A DNA stretch of 64,000 nucleotides from Octopus bimaculoides (Eukaryota). Within the stretch, counting starts at the first letter, position 1. Every line of letters starts with the position of its first letter. The notes beneath the pieces are model-generated. The model was not told where the DNA came from, made no database searches, and saw nothing but the letters and a program-made list of their open reading frames with translations. A program made the position numbers and the translations under genes. Positions 12,510 to 25,224 of the stretch are shown in pieces. The DNA is taken from positions 45,408,417 through 45,472,416 of the forward strand of contig NC_068990.1 in assembly GCF_001194135.2 (NCBI RefSeq), written 5' to 3'.

Positions 12510-15500
12510 TTCTAATTGCTCCTAGAATCTTTCTAGGCTCAGACTTAATCCATCCCTTGGGATAATTTCTAACAATGGATTAGTTTTCAGCTCGGAATTG
12601 TGCTCATACATCAGCTTACAAGTAAATATAGAATAGTTTTGAATTGTTTTTCGTGTCAAAACCTATCTCGTTCTCTAACCGTCTGTGATACCCAAACAAG
12701 GCTATTTTTCATAATTTACAGTTAGACTGAAGTCGTGTTTATATTTATTTCTATTTCATTATGGAACTAGCATCATGAAGATCAATTCGATCGTTTCGGA
12801 AAGGTAACGCTTTCAGAGGATGAGCTTGAAAATTTAGTTTCATTTATAAATTGTAACCAAATTAACTTATGTCGTTAATTCCTTTGACAAAAAACATGCA
12901 CATCACACATTGTTTTAATTCACTCTTATGAATCAGTTTCATTCTATGTACGAAAATAATTAGGTAGATGCAGATAAATCAAATCGCCGTTGTGAGGGTT
13001 ATTCAAGTTAATTTATTGTTGGTAGTGTTGTTTAACCCCAAATCAACTCTGATCGAGTAGCCCTATGATCGAATATGTTCCAGGGTATTTAGTAGATTTG
13101 GAACTACATCATTATCCAACGTCTCTTTCCTTCTTTAAGATAGTAAGGGCGTAATTTGATTTAGACTTGACTGCTGTTTCTCGTTGTTCGAGCGATCACT
13201 TAAAAGCACCATCGTTTGGCTCGTGCGAACTTATTAATTGGTAATAGTTTCAATTACTAAACTGTTATTAGCAGTAAAGATATCTAACGCATTGCTGATA
13301 TAAGTTTTAGAATTTTTAACGTGATGCTAGCACACAAAACTAAACGAGAAATTCGGCAGTACATGATACGGGTACAGAACCAAACTGCATTACTTCCAAA
13401 GTTTTCTAACTTCTCGTCAGAAGTTTTTTAATCATTGTAAATATTTACTATCCCAGCCATAAGGAGAAGAGAAAATGCGGTCATTTTTAAACGTTTTCGA
13501 ATATGTAGATGACGATTATATTACGGAAAAGTTTTTTTTTAATATTTTCTTTTTCTCTCAGCCAAAAAAAAAAAAAAACCAAAACTTTTAAATTACTCTT
13601 TATCTAACTCTTGATCACCATGCAACACAACTAACAAAAAGAAAAAAAAATCAATGATATTAACCTGAATGACATTAATTATCAGCATGAAATAGTTTAT
13701 TTATACAATACAAACCAAAAGTATTATTATTGAATGTGGCAGCAAGTATTATTATTGAATCATTAGCGCGTCGGACAAAATGCCTAACAAGTATTTCTTT
13801 CAGCTCTAAGTTCTGAGTACAAATTTCGCCGAGGTCCATTTTGCTTTTCTTCTTTTTAGTTGAGCACTGGAGTCACTGTAATCAACCTACCTCCTCATTT
13901 AAAATTGCTGCCCACGTGCCAAAATTTGAAACCCTTATTACCGAATACTTTCCAATGATAACTTGGAACATATCCCTGTCAAATTTCATATCATGTGCAT
14001 TATTAAGGACGATATGAAGAGACAAAAGTGGTGGCGGGAAGAAATTTAAAGTTGTAGTTATGCCCTTAAAGTTTGGTTGTTTCATTACTTATTCTGTAAA
14101 GTCGATAAGCTGTATAGAAAATGTGTTGCAATTTCCGCAAGTTAAGTTAATTTACATACTTTGGCAGCAGTTCGTTACCTAACTGGTTAAGTTCTCACAA
14201 TTATTTGTGGAACTAGGATTAATTTGCTAATTAGCTCACCCTGTAGGAATTTCCACACGACTTAAAAGATGTTACTTCTTAATATTTATACCAGCCAAAG
14301 TTAAACGAACTCCAACAAGAAACCTTAAAACGATATATTCGAGTAATCAGTTCTATGTCCATGTCATAGTCTATGAACTAAGGAATATATTTTTTTGAGT
14401 TGCTTTCTGCACAAAGTTTGTGAAATATTTAAGACATAACTACATGACTATATAGGTTTTAGACGTTTAAATTCTTTCGTTTTATGATCTCAAAGTGAAA
14501 GTGGAATTATTGACATTGTTTGGCAACCTTTAAGCAGATACGTCAAATAGGCACACATGCCCTTTTGTTCTTTCTTGGATTCTTACGTTTTCAATAATGA
14601 AGACTGATTTTTGCAAAATTTCAATTTTTTTTTCAATGCAAATTGCTTAAAATAATTTTCCACTTTTATTTTGTGATCATAAAATGAAAGAATGCTAAAT
14701 ATTCTTTGGTATATTTTTATTGTTTTTACTGATTTCAGTGATTTGACTGTTTCCACGTTGGGGTACTACCTTCGAAGGTTTAGTCTTGGTATTTATTTTA
14801 GTTTATTTCTGATTTTATCAATTACTATTTGTTGATCCTCTAACTTAAGGAACGTTAAGAACAAGTTGCTATAAGTATAAATACAGCAATAGACACGAAT
14901 ATACACATACACACATACATGAACACACGAAAATACACACATACGTGTGTATGTGTGTGTTACGACTGACTTTTGCACAGTTTCTATCTACCAAATTCCA
15001 ACCACAAAGTATTGGTCAAGCTGAGACTATAGAAGACAACTGCCCAATAATGCTGAGCAGTGGGGTTGAACCTTGAATCATGTGATAAGAAGCAACTCCT
15101 TAACTTCACAGCCAAACCAAAATTTTCTGATCTTCATGCCGGTATATTTAATAAGTAAATGCACACAAAACAAACCCACACATTGAATTGCTGAGCCAAT
15201 AAATTTGAATGCGGTGGGAGGGTAGGAAGGAAACAGATATATTTTTTTTTTGCTACTTTGCCTCATATGTATGTCTGTAAATGTACCTTTGCAATTTCCA
15301 GTGTTCAGATGTTGCTCTACATCAGTTGTTCCTAAAATTTTTCAGGTTGATGCCCCCTTGGTGTCCAGGCCACGTTTCTAGCACCCCCTCCCCAACTCAC
15401 CACCACAAATATAGACTACTTTCTGCATCAATTCAAAGCAACTGTATTTCACAAATGAAACTTAACCTAATTAATCCACTATTTTGTTGTTTTTACATCC

Positions 15501-15614
15501 ATCACCCACTTTTGGTCACTCCATTATCACCTGACTTTTCATCAACTGGATCTTTCCACTGCCCCCAGGGGAGCAGTACTGCCCTCTTTGGGTACCTTTG
15601 CTCTATACTATACT

Positions 15615-17056
15615 CAGGGGTGCAGCTAATAGGGGAGGAGCGATCACTCCTCTTGAGCACATTTTTCAAAACTGGTCCCTTTTCAACAATTTTTTGTAAC
15701 TGTTTAGTTCACTTGTGTTATAAAAGTTGAATCTTTTTTTTTTTGTTTTTAGTTAATCGCATGACCTTGGAACAACTTTCTGAAGTCATTATTTTATTTG
15801 ATCCACTTCCCCATGTTTTTCAATTGTCTGCTCAATCTCCTTTCATGTGTTGGTGGCCACTGACATCTGAAATTGCCACCAAAACAAACCCTGACGTTAT
15901 AACCTCTTGACACTGGACGATCCTGCTGAGTTTTATTTTTTCATATCACATCTATATCAATAGTTGTAAGTTTCATACATAATGACATTTTTACTCAAAC
16001 ATGAAATTAATCAATGTAGAATACAGTTATGTATATTATAACTAATGAAATATTTTGTGTAATGTAAGAAAAATGGGTTAAAAATTGTTTGGCATGTGTC
16101 GTGATGCCTTTTTTTTTTTTACAAAGTGGTATCAAAAAGTTCCAGAACTAGTTTTGTTTGATAAAAAATAACTTATTTACCCAAGTTCTAACATCATCTT
16201 CAAAATAGTCACCTTGTGCAGCAATACACCGTCTCCATCATTCCTGCCACTTTAGGAATCTAGCCTGAAGTCATTTTCTGTAAGCCAGTCAAGGACCTTC
16301 TGTGATACACTCTGATTTTCAACAATGGTATTAAAACAGTGACCTTTGAGCTGCATTTTCATTTTGGGAGAAGAGATGAATTCCACAAGTGCTAAATCTG
16401 GTAAATAGGGCATGTGTGGAAGTGATACCACATTGTTTTTGGTGAGAAACTCATGAGTGAGAAGAGCTTGGTGGAGGATCCAATTCTTTGCACTGCACAG
16501 ATCCAGTTGCTTTCACCGAATGTCCTCCCTCAAACACTTCTAAATATCACAGTAGAAATTTCGATTGATGGTCAGGCCCTGGGGGATGAATTCTTGATGT
16601 GCAATACCACATTTCTGAGGGCGATGCTCTTAGCAGGTCTTCCAGATAACTCATAGTCATCCAGGGATGTTCTTCCACTTTTAAAACGCCCATACCACTT
16701 GAAACATTACGTATGACCTATTGCTTCATCACTGTAAGCTTACCGAAGCATGCCCAATGTTTATGTAGCAAGTTTAACACAAAATTTCATATTGGTACTT
16801 TGTTCCTGTCCCTGACAAAATTGCTGACTACAACATATATGTGATCACAAAAACACAAATTTCACAACTTGCAAAGTAAGCACAGTAATGTCACTCTGTA
16901 CATTGCCTGATGAATGTCATTGCTAGCTCTCGTTCTGCATGCAACCATGTGCTGCCATCTATTGATACACTACAGACTTAGTTTGGGAACTTTTTGATAC
17001 TGCTTCATATGTGCTCATCCCCCCCCCCCACACTTTAGCCCCTGGCTATGCCTCTG
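15615..17056. mobile_element. Possible old non-autonomous DNA element (CAGGGGCGTAGC-type termini) hosting the mariner insertion
   Basis: Left caggggtgcagcta versus reverse complement of right end cagaggcatagcca (9/14). No TSD recovered. Confidence 0.35.
16120..17009 (-). mobile_element. Internally deleted mariner transposon
   Basis: TIRs tacaaagtggtatcaaaaagttcc and (reverse complement) tatgaagcagtatcaaaaagttcc with terminal TA. Minus-strand peptide AYSDEAIGHT*CFKWYGRFKSGRTSLDDYELSGRP is a typical mariner HTH region. Confidence 0.88.
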
Positions 17057-17632
17057 TTGGTCATGATTGAAACACATCATTGATCACAGTTGTCTGCTCA
17101 GTCAGAACTGACCTGAGGTTGAAACAACTTCATCAGTAACAAACCGTTCATTTGTGATAACTTTCCTGTAAACAAACAGGCCAAACTGAAAAGATTTAAA
17201 ACTGAGAATATATTTAATTTACTGTCCGTTTTGTATCCTATCAGCTAATAAATTCTTTTCCGTCTTAAGGAAATTCTATTTATGACTGTGTGGTTAAAAA
17301 ACTTGTTCCCAACCATGTGGTCTTGTGTTCAATCCCTTTGCATAACATTGTGGGCAAGTGTCTTCTACTATAGCCCTGGGCCTACCAAAGCCTTGTGAGT
17401 AGATATGGTGGATGGAAACTGAAAAAAAAAAAGCCTGTTGTGTGTGTATATATATAAATCTCTGTTCATTCATCAGAAGCAGTAAATTACATAATTCAGT
17501 AGAAATTTAGAGTATTCTTTAATACATTATAACTAGGTCTTTACCCTTCGCTACACTGCCAGTAAAAATATTTGTTTATCATGCACCTATCTTCTTTTAA
17601 TTGTAGACTGTTATATAGTGAAAGTTTCATTA

Positions 17633-17646
17633 GTTACTATGGTGAC
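17633..17646. promoter_or_regulatory. RFX X-box-like motif GTTACTATGGTGAC
   Basis: Close match to GTYNCYATRGNAAC; near-identical copy at 18039-18052. Confidence 0.4.
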
Positions 17647-17753
17647 AACAGTCTACCTATCTGTCTACCTTTTACTCTCTCTCTCTCTCTCTCACTGTGT
17701 TTCTCTCAACAACAATGACAAACTGTGTTTTCTTGAAATGAACTTTAATTCTA

Positions 17754-17792
<39 letters not shown>

Positions 17793-18038
17793 CTGAATTT
17801 TTCTCTCAACAACAGCAACAGCAACCTGTCATTATAGTGATAATCTTTTTGTAAAGTATATATTGTATTGTCTCTATATTGAAAGACATACAGAAATACA
17901 CACATAGACACACACACACACACACACACACAAAGAACAAAAAAAATAACTTGTTATGTAATGAAAATCTTTTATTTTATGTTCTGTTGCATTGTGTTCA
18001 CAGACTTGCACTTAAAACTCACACACTTTTAATCGTTA

Positions 18039-18052
18039 GTTACTATGGTAAC
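18039..18052. promoter_or_regulatory. RFX X-box motif GTTACTATGGTAAC
   Basis: Near-perfect palindromic X-box. Confidence 0.45.
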
Positions 18053-18056
18053 AACA

Positions 18057-18093
<37 letters not shown>

Positions 18094-18113
18094 CATCTAT
18101 CCATCCATCCATC

Positions 18114-19292
18114 TGCTTTCCCGCAGCTCGTCTCCATGACCGAACTGCAGTCGTGGATCAAGAGGAGGCCGAGGAAGGGCGAATGGCACCNNNNNNNNNN
18201 CATCCATCTGCTTTCCCGCAGCTCGTCTCCATGACCGAACTGCAGTCGTGGATCAAGAGGAGGCCGAGGAAGGGCGAATGGCACCGCGAGTGTCGCGCTG
18301 CTCTTCGGCAACTCCAACAACCTGGGTCAACCTTGAGCGACTGCATCACAACTAACGCATTCTATAATGGATTAGTGGAGGGAAGGTACGATGATGATCT
18401 CAGGGCGAACCTGGGCGTCGACGAGGAATACCTGACATGCCTGTTTAAGACGACCTTCGGACCGGGACCTATGGACAACTTCCAGAGATCCCTGGCCTGG
18501 CAGTGCTATCGAGAAGCACTACCCGTTCGGGATAAGCTCTACAGGCATGGCTCGAGAAACACGGGGCCGACCTGTCCGAGATGCCGGCAGAACGACGAAA
18601 CCGTTCTGCACGCACTCGTACAGTGTCCCACCATTTCCGAGCTGTGGGCTTACGTCGAACAACTGCTATCGCGTGTGGGACGAGTCGGTCTATCAGCCGA
18701 GTCTATCGTGAATATTGTCGCGCCTCCTTCCTTTAAACGGGAAGGAAGAGCTATTTTCATCGTACTTGTGGCTATNNNNNNNNNNNNNNNNNNNNNNNNN
18801 NNNNNNNNNNNNNNNNNNNNNNNNNNNNNNNNNNNNNNNNNNNNNNNNNNNNNNNNNNNNNNNNNNNNNNNNNNNNNNNNNNNNNNNNNNNNNNNNNNNN
18901 NNNNNNNNNNNNNNNNNNNNNNNNNNNNNNNNNNNNNNNNNNNNNNNNNNNNNNNNNNNNNNNNNNNNNNNNNNNNNNNNNNNNNNNNNNNNNNNNNNNN
19001 NNNNNNNNNNNNNNNNNNNNNNNNNNNNNNNNNNNNNNNNNNNNNNNNNNNNNNNNNNNNNNNNNNNNNNNNNNNNNNNNNNNNNNNNNNNNNNNNNNNN
19101 NNNNNNNNNNNNNNNNNNNNNNNNNNNNNNNNNNNNNNNNNNNNNNNNNNNNNNNNNNNNNNNNNNNNNNNNNCCTACGATCCCTTTTGATCGACACTCC
19201 CCCTTTTTTTTCCTTCCCCCTCCCAAAAAGAAAAGCTCTACATTGTATTTGTCCCATCTTCGTTGAGCCCTGTGTGGCTAATAAAAGAAATG
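18114..19292 (+). mobile_element. Young 5'-truncated Tx1/L1-type LINE 3' end (zf-RVT domain), inserted in a (CTAT)n tract
   Basis: Open frame ...SLAWQCYREALPVRDKLYRHGSRNTGPTCPRCRQNDETVLHALVQCP... (CxxC-H-C). GC/CpG-rich; AATAAA at 19280-19285; (TATC)n on both sides. Gaps at 18191-18200 and 18776-19173. Confidence 0.88.
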
Positions 19293-19499
19293 TATCTATC
19301 TATCTATCTTTCACACACACTTTCTTTCACTGTATTTCTCAACAAAAACTTTTTCTCCTCCCTTTCTTCCAAAAATAGATTGTGACAGACAGATAGATGG
19401 AGACCCACTTCTCTTTTATAAGATTGAAAGGTTCCAATTTCCATTACTCAGATTTACTTGTTTCAGCTGGTAAACCTGTATACCTATGTACATATATGT

Positions 19500-19790
19500 G
19501 TGTATACACGCACACACACACACACACACACGTATGTGTGTGTTAGTTCGTATCTTTGTCTAGACATCATGTGATAGTTGTAAATGAGTATCATTTATAC
19601 AAACAAAGTAGTTTGTTTCTAGTCTTCTGGGAAAAGTATGTTTAGCTAAGGGAAAATATTACCTTCCTCGGAAATGGGTGAGGGTTGGCTACAGGAAGGG
19701 CATCCAGCTGTAAAAGCATCTGCCTTAAATTCTGTCTAACCTATGTAAGCATGGAAAAGTAGACATTAAATGATGAGGATGTTGATGATG
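19500..19790 (+). mobile_element. SINE-like family with gggaaaatattacctt...gagggttggc.acaggaagggcatcc core and (GAT)n tail; also at 26730-26900 (-), 55850-56095 and 57000-57232
   Basis: Four similar copies within the window. Confidence 0.7.
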
Positions 19791-20557
19791 AATGTCAGTT
19801 TATAAATGGTATTATTGTTTAGGCTCAAGTGAGCTATGGGCAAGCAGATGTGAAATCAAAGGCAGTACATCTGTAATAATCCTGTCTATTTTTTCAGATG
19901 TGATGTATTCCAGACTACATTATCTAAAGTACTCTTTCTTTTTTTTAAGATAATAAGGTGTACTTTGAGGGTGACTTGGCTATTATTTCCAGTAGGCTTA
20001 GCATCTTTGTAGAATTATCTCATTGGCTCATTATAAATGATGTTTTCAATTGTTATCTTTCATGAATTTCTTTTCACTTCATATGAAGCTTAATTGGTTA
20101 CATTAACTTAAATTATACTTTTGTATCAAGTTACTATATTTCTACTGCAGTTTTCTTCAACCTGTACATACTGAGATCTTAAAAAGACTTGAATAATTTA
20201 ACAGATAATAGAAGTTAATTCATGGAAAGCTTGAAACTAGAAATCACAACTAGCTGTTTTGCAGATGGAACATTGGACTGCCAACTAAAGGGTGAAATGA
20301 TTTTACTGTACAATCTCTTTGGTAGCTGCAGTTATATAATGCTGTATAATTTAATTTGTAGTGCTAAGTTCAAATTCATGAGTATCTCTTAATAATGATA
20401 TGAACTATTTCAGATTAACCTTTTTTTTTTAATGGTTGGTCTGGAGGAAAGGACTATAGCCATGGTTATTACAGGTGTGGTTGGCACTAATTTTTAAAAC
20501 ACTGCATAAAATTTCCAAATAATCGCCATAAACTACAACCCTGCATGTTATGGTTCA

Positions 20558-20759
20558 CTCTTTTACTTGTTTCAGTCATTTGACTGCGGCCATGCTGGAG
20601 CACTGCCTTTAGTTGAACAAATCGACCCCAGGACTTATTCTTTGTAAGCCTAGTACTTATTCTATTGGTCTTTTTTGCTGAACTGCTAAGTTACAGGGAC
20701 ATAAACACACTAGCATCGGTTGTCAAGTGATGTTGAGGGGACAAACACAGACACAAATG

Positions 20760-20827
<68 letters not shown>

Positions 20828-20990
20828 CAACGGGCTTCTTTCAGTTTCCATCTACCAAATCCACTTACAAGGCTTTGGTTGGTCCGAGGCTATAGTAGAA
20901 GACACTTGCCCAAGGTACCATGCAGTGGGAATGAACCCAGAACCATGTGGTTGGTAAGCAAGCTACTTACCATACAGCCACTCCTGCGCC
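20558..20990 (-). mobile_element. Full-length tRNA-derived CORE-like SINE (family A)
   Basis: Head ggcgcaggagtggctgt.tggtaag with B-box ggttca.tccc, CORE-like ccttgggcaagtg, internal (TG)n, GAGTAAAA-type tail. Confidence 0.9.
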
Positions 20991-22027
20991 TCATTTTAAA
21001 TTCTGAATTCTTTAAGACTACCATAGTTTGGTTGGGTAACATACTTGAAGGACAAGTTACCAACTTAAAAGTGTTCTTACTGACCTTTCTATTCTTCTGA
21101 TCCAAGAGAACTTACACCAACTGCAAAGACACAAGGTAATTAATGCTTCCACCTATGACAAGGATGAAGACACAGGTTTTGTCAACCTTAAAAGATCCAT
21201 AGGAGTTGCTCAGCATCATTGGGCAGTTATCTTGTCCTATAGCCTCAGCTTGACCAATACTTTGTGATTGGAATTTAGTAGAGAGAAACTGTGCAGTAGC
21301 CAGTTATACACTCACAAACACAGACATGTGTCTGTGCATGTGTCCCTATGTATGTATGTATGTATGTATGCATGCATGCATGTAAGTACGTCCATTGCTG
21401 TGTTTATATTTATAGCAATTGTTGTTAATGTTGTATCCTTTTATATCCCTAATATTAGAAGATCAACAAATAGTGATTTATAAAATCCATTTTCTGTAGA
21501 GTTCACTAAATGAGAAACAGATTTCCTTTTGGATAGGATTCGAGTCTATCTTGGGTCAGTAACTTCTCTGGAAAAGATAGACACACCTTATGTAATCATC
21601 AACTAGGTGAACTGACAGAAGTTTCTCTCTCAGAAATACAAACAAGGTACTTTAAGTGCTTGGCTATTTCATTCTAAACAGAAACAAGGAATATGAAAGC
21701 AAAGTAAACATTTTATTCTAATGAATGAAACATATTGGCATAATATTTGCTAAGAAAGGGAAGTGTCCTCTGAACTAATCCCCATTCTATGTTGTATTAA
21801 TTTATTCATTAAATATTATTTCTGTCCAGAATAATGACGGGTTATTTCCTCAAAGCCTGAATTGCAGCAAACTGAGGTTATTGTCTCTATAAACTGACGT
21901 TAAATCATTTTAAATCATCACAGCTTACACTGAATACAGCTGGAAAAAGGTACCTCATTTTTCATTGGTAATGCCATTTTGTTAAATATTTGTTTAGAAT
22001 TTAAACAAATATAATTATTCTTTCTAA

Positions 22028-22927
22028 TTATGACACAAAGCTAGCAACTTTTAGTGGTGGGAGTAAGTTGATTACATCGAATTTAGTTTTTAAGTAGTTC
22101 TTATTTTATTGACCCTGAAATTATGAAAGGCAAAATCGACCTTGGCAGAATTTGAATTCAGAATCTAATGTGTAGGAAGAAATGCTATAAAACATTTTAT
22201 CCGATTTGCTAGCAATTCTGTCAATCCTGCTTTAACAATAATAATAATAATAATGATAATAATAATCCTTTCTACTTAAGGTCTGAAATTGGGTGGAAGG
22301 GGACTAGCCGATTACATCAATCCCAGTGTTTCACTGGTACCAAATTTATTGACCTCAAAAAGATGAAAAGCAAAGTCGACTTCAACGGAATTTGAACTCA
22401 AACAACAACAATAATAATAATCATTTCTACCATAGGCACAAGGCCTGAAATTCTGTGTGGGAGGCTGCTAATTAACTACATTGACTCTAGTAATCAACTG
22501 GTACTTATTTTATCAACCATAAAATGATGAAATCTGGTGGTGGTGGTTGTTGTTTCAAATTTTGGCTCAAAGGCAACAGTTTCAGGGGTAATTTAATTAC
22601 ATTGACCCCCAGCGTTCAACTGGTACTTATTTTAATGATCCTGAAAGGATGAAAGGCAAAGTCAATCCCAGTGACATTTGGACTCAGAATGTAACTGATA
22701 ATAATAACAATCCTTTCTACTGGCACAAAGCATGAAATTTTTGGAGAGAGGAGAGGACCAGTCAATTACATCAATCCTAGTGTTCAACTGGTACTTAATT
22801 TATCGGCCCTGAAAGGATGAAAGGCATGAAGTCGACCTCGGTGAAATTTGAAATCAGAATGTAAAGACAGATGAAATGCTGCTAAGCATTCTGCTTGGCA
22901 TGCTAACAGTTCTGCTAGTTCGCTGCC

Positions 22928-22973
<46 letters not shown>

Positions 22974-23192
22974 GCCTTCCTACTGTAGGCACAAGGCCTG
23001 AAATTTGGGGGAAGGGATTAAGTCAATTACATTGACCCCAGTACTCAATACTCAGCTGGTACTTATTTAATTGATCCCAAAAGAATGAAAGGCAAAGTCG
23101 ATCTTGGTGGAATTTGAACTCAGAATGTAGCGACACAAAATACCACTAAGCATTTTGCTTGGCGTGCTAATGATTCTGCCAGCTCGTTGCCT

Positions 23193-23228
<36 letters not shown>

Positions 23229-23342
23229 NNNNNNNNNNNNNNNNNNNNNNNNNNNNNNNNNNNNNNNNNNNNNNNNNNNNNNNNNNNNNNNNNNNNNNNN
23301 NNNNNNNNNNNNNNNNNNNNNNNNNNNNTAAAACTACTGAAC

Positions 23343-23376
<34 letters not shown>

Positions 23377-23575
23377 GTCGTCGTCTTTTCTACTATAGGT
23401 ACAAAGCCTAAAATTTTGTGGGAGTATGCAAGTTGATTATGTCGAACCCTTGTACTTGACAAGTACTTATTTTATCAACCTTCTGCAGAATTTGAACTCA
23501 GAATGTGAAGTAAGATGAAATGTCACTGACCATTTTGTCACGTGTGCTAATGATTCTGCTGGTTTTCTGCTTTAA
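22028..23575 (-). mobile_element. Head-to-tail array of about 7 full or partial copies of a second tRNA-derived SINE (family B, Nin/Deu-like core), separated by (AAT)n
   Basis: Repeated units aaggatgaaaggcaaagtcgacc...gaatttgaactcagaa at ~22030, 22265, 22420, 22550, 22710, 22975 and 23380. Gap at 23229-23328. Confidence 0.88.
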
Positions 23576-23810
23576 GAATAATAATAATGGTGATGATTAT
23601 GATGATGAAACAATAACCATAAAAATGTAATTAGAGAGAAACCAAAAATTATATTTCTCTCAATTTGTAAAGATTATTTTTATCTTAATAGTGTAATCCA
23701 GAAGAAGTTACACCCCTGCCGTTCACAGGACCTTTCAAAAATGGTTAGATTAACACAATTATTCTTGAGCAGCTGTAAGGAAAACTTGTGCAGGGAAGAA
23801 AATTTTAGAG

Positions 23811-24156
23811 CAGGGGTTCTCAACCAATTTTTAACTATGGACTTCTTTGATTACTGTTTTATTCTGGTGGACTTCCCATAGTTATTTGATGTTTAAAAAC
23901 TAATTTTATAGAATCCTCTTTTAAAATTCCTATTTTGTTTTTTTCTCATGTTAACTTGTGTAGGTTGTATTATGTAAAATGTTAGAGAAAGCAACTCAAC
24001 TGTTTCTTGCAACACATACCAAAACATACATCTAAAGTAAATTTTTTAAGGGGCCTTTAAAATACTATTCCCAGTTTACTATTTTCCTTGCACAGGCATC
24101 CCCAAAATCTTATATGGACCCTTGGGGGCCATATGGATTCCATTTGAGAACCACTG
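23811..24156. mobile_element. hAT Charlie/Buster-type MITE
   Basis: TIRs caggggttctcaacc / tttgagaaccactg; 8-bp TSD ttttagag / ttgtacag with central TA. Confidence 0.8.
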
Positions 24157-24728
24157 TTGTACAGTGTTGATACATTGGTATCACTTGGATTGATGTCACC
24201 TACTACCTTACTAATAGCATCACTAACTCATGGATCTTATTATCTTCCTCAACATACAAAAAGCTTAGTAACAGTTTGTTATTTTTTGTATTAATGTTAG
24301 TTGTGAATCATAATTCCTTTAAATCACATAATTAGATTGGAGCCTGGTGTTGCCATCCGGTTTCACCAGTCCTCAGTCAAATCGTCCAACCATGGAAGGC
24401 GGACGTTAAATGATGATGATGATGATGATGATGTTTATGTATTGACAAGCAATTAACAGAATTAAAATTACAAATTTAGATTACAAAATAAACATCTGCA
24501 TAGCTTAAGTAGTTTCATGTGTTTAATGTGAAAATTTAGTCAAACAACAGTAGAATTTACATGCTATTGTTTATATTGTTTATAGCTTTATTTTTGACTT
24601 AAACCATTCCAAAAATACACACACATGCACATATATACACATATGCATACACACACACACACACACACATGTATAAACATACAAATGTATATGCACATAT
24701 ATATGTACATATACATATATAATATATA

Positions 24729-24764
<36 letters not shown>

Positions 24765-24767
24765 CAT

Positions 24768-25218
24768 AAAATTTATTTATGAGGGTAGAAATTGATATTA
24801 ATCAATTTGAACCAGTGGTCTAGCATATAAAAAAAATCCGAAGATTAAAATTATATTACATACAAAAATAAGAGGGATGACCAGCAAAAGTGGACTCCTA
24901 TATGCTAGAAATAGATGCCGAATCATCTAACCACGTAAACAATATATGTTCTCAGTAAAAATTCAGCGACACAACAGACTGTAAAAGGGCAAGACAAATG
25001 AAAAAATACTAAATAAAAACGATTAACCTACGTACCAGCATAGTCTGTCGATTTGCGATGTAATTTCCAGAACTAGACACAGGACGTCCAACCGAAAGGG
25101 AGCACGTGTAGAGTTCTACAAATTACATTCAGTGTATCCTTTTAAATGTCTTCAATCTGGCGCTAGACCACTGGTTCAAATTGATTAATATCAATTTCTA
25201 CCCTCATAAATAAATTTT
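24768..25218. repeat. Perfect 57-bp inverted repeat (24768-24824 / 25162-25218) around a 337-bp spacer
   Basis: Arms compared base by base: 57/57 identical. Confidence 0.95.
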
Positions 25219-25224
25219 TATACA

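Larger units (their letters stand above)
7900..14900. promoter_or_regulatory. CpG-retaining (putatively unmethylated) domain, candidate promoter region
   Basis: By eye CpG is frequent here in non-repeat DNA and scarce from ~15-57 kb. E2F-like GGCGGGAA at 14033-14040, CACGTG near 13913, minus-strand donor-like sites at 8890 and 13891. Confidence 0.35.

Noticed and set aside
13395-13430. CTGACGA...GAAA on the minus strand
   Set aside because: No stem II or stem I pairing; the sequence forms a different simple hairpin.
18107-18285. 84-bp direct repeat at the 5' end of the Tx1 element
   Set aside because: Identical copies flank a 10-N gap; most likely an unmerged contig overlap.
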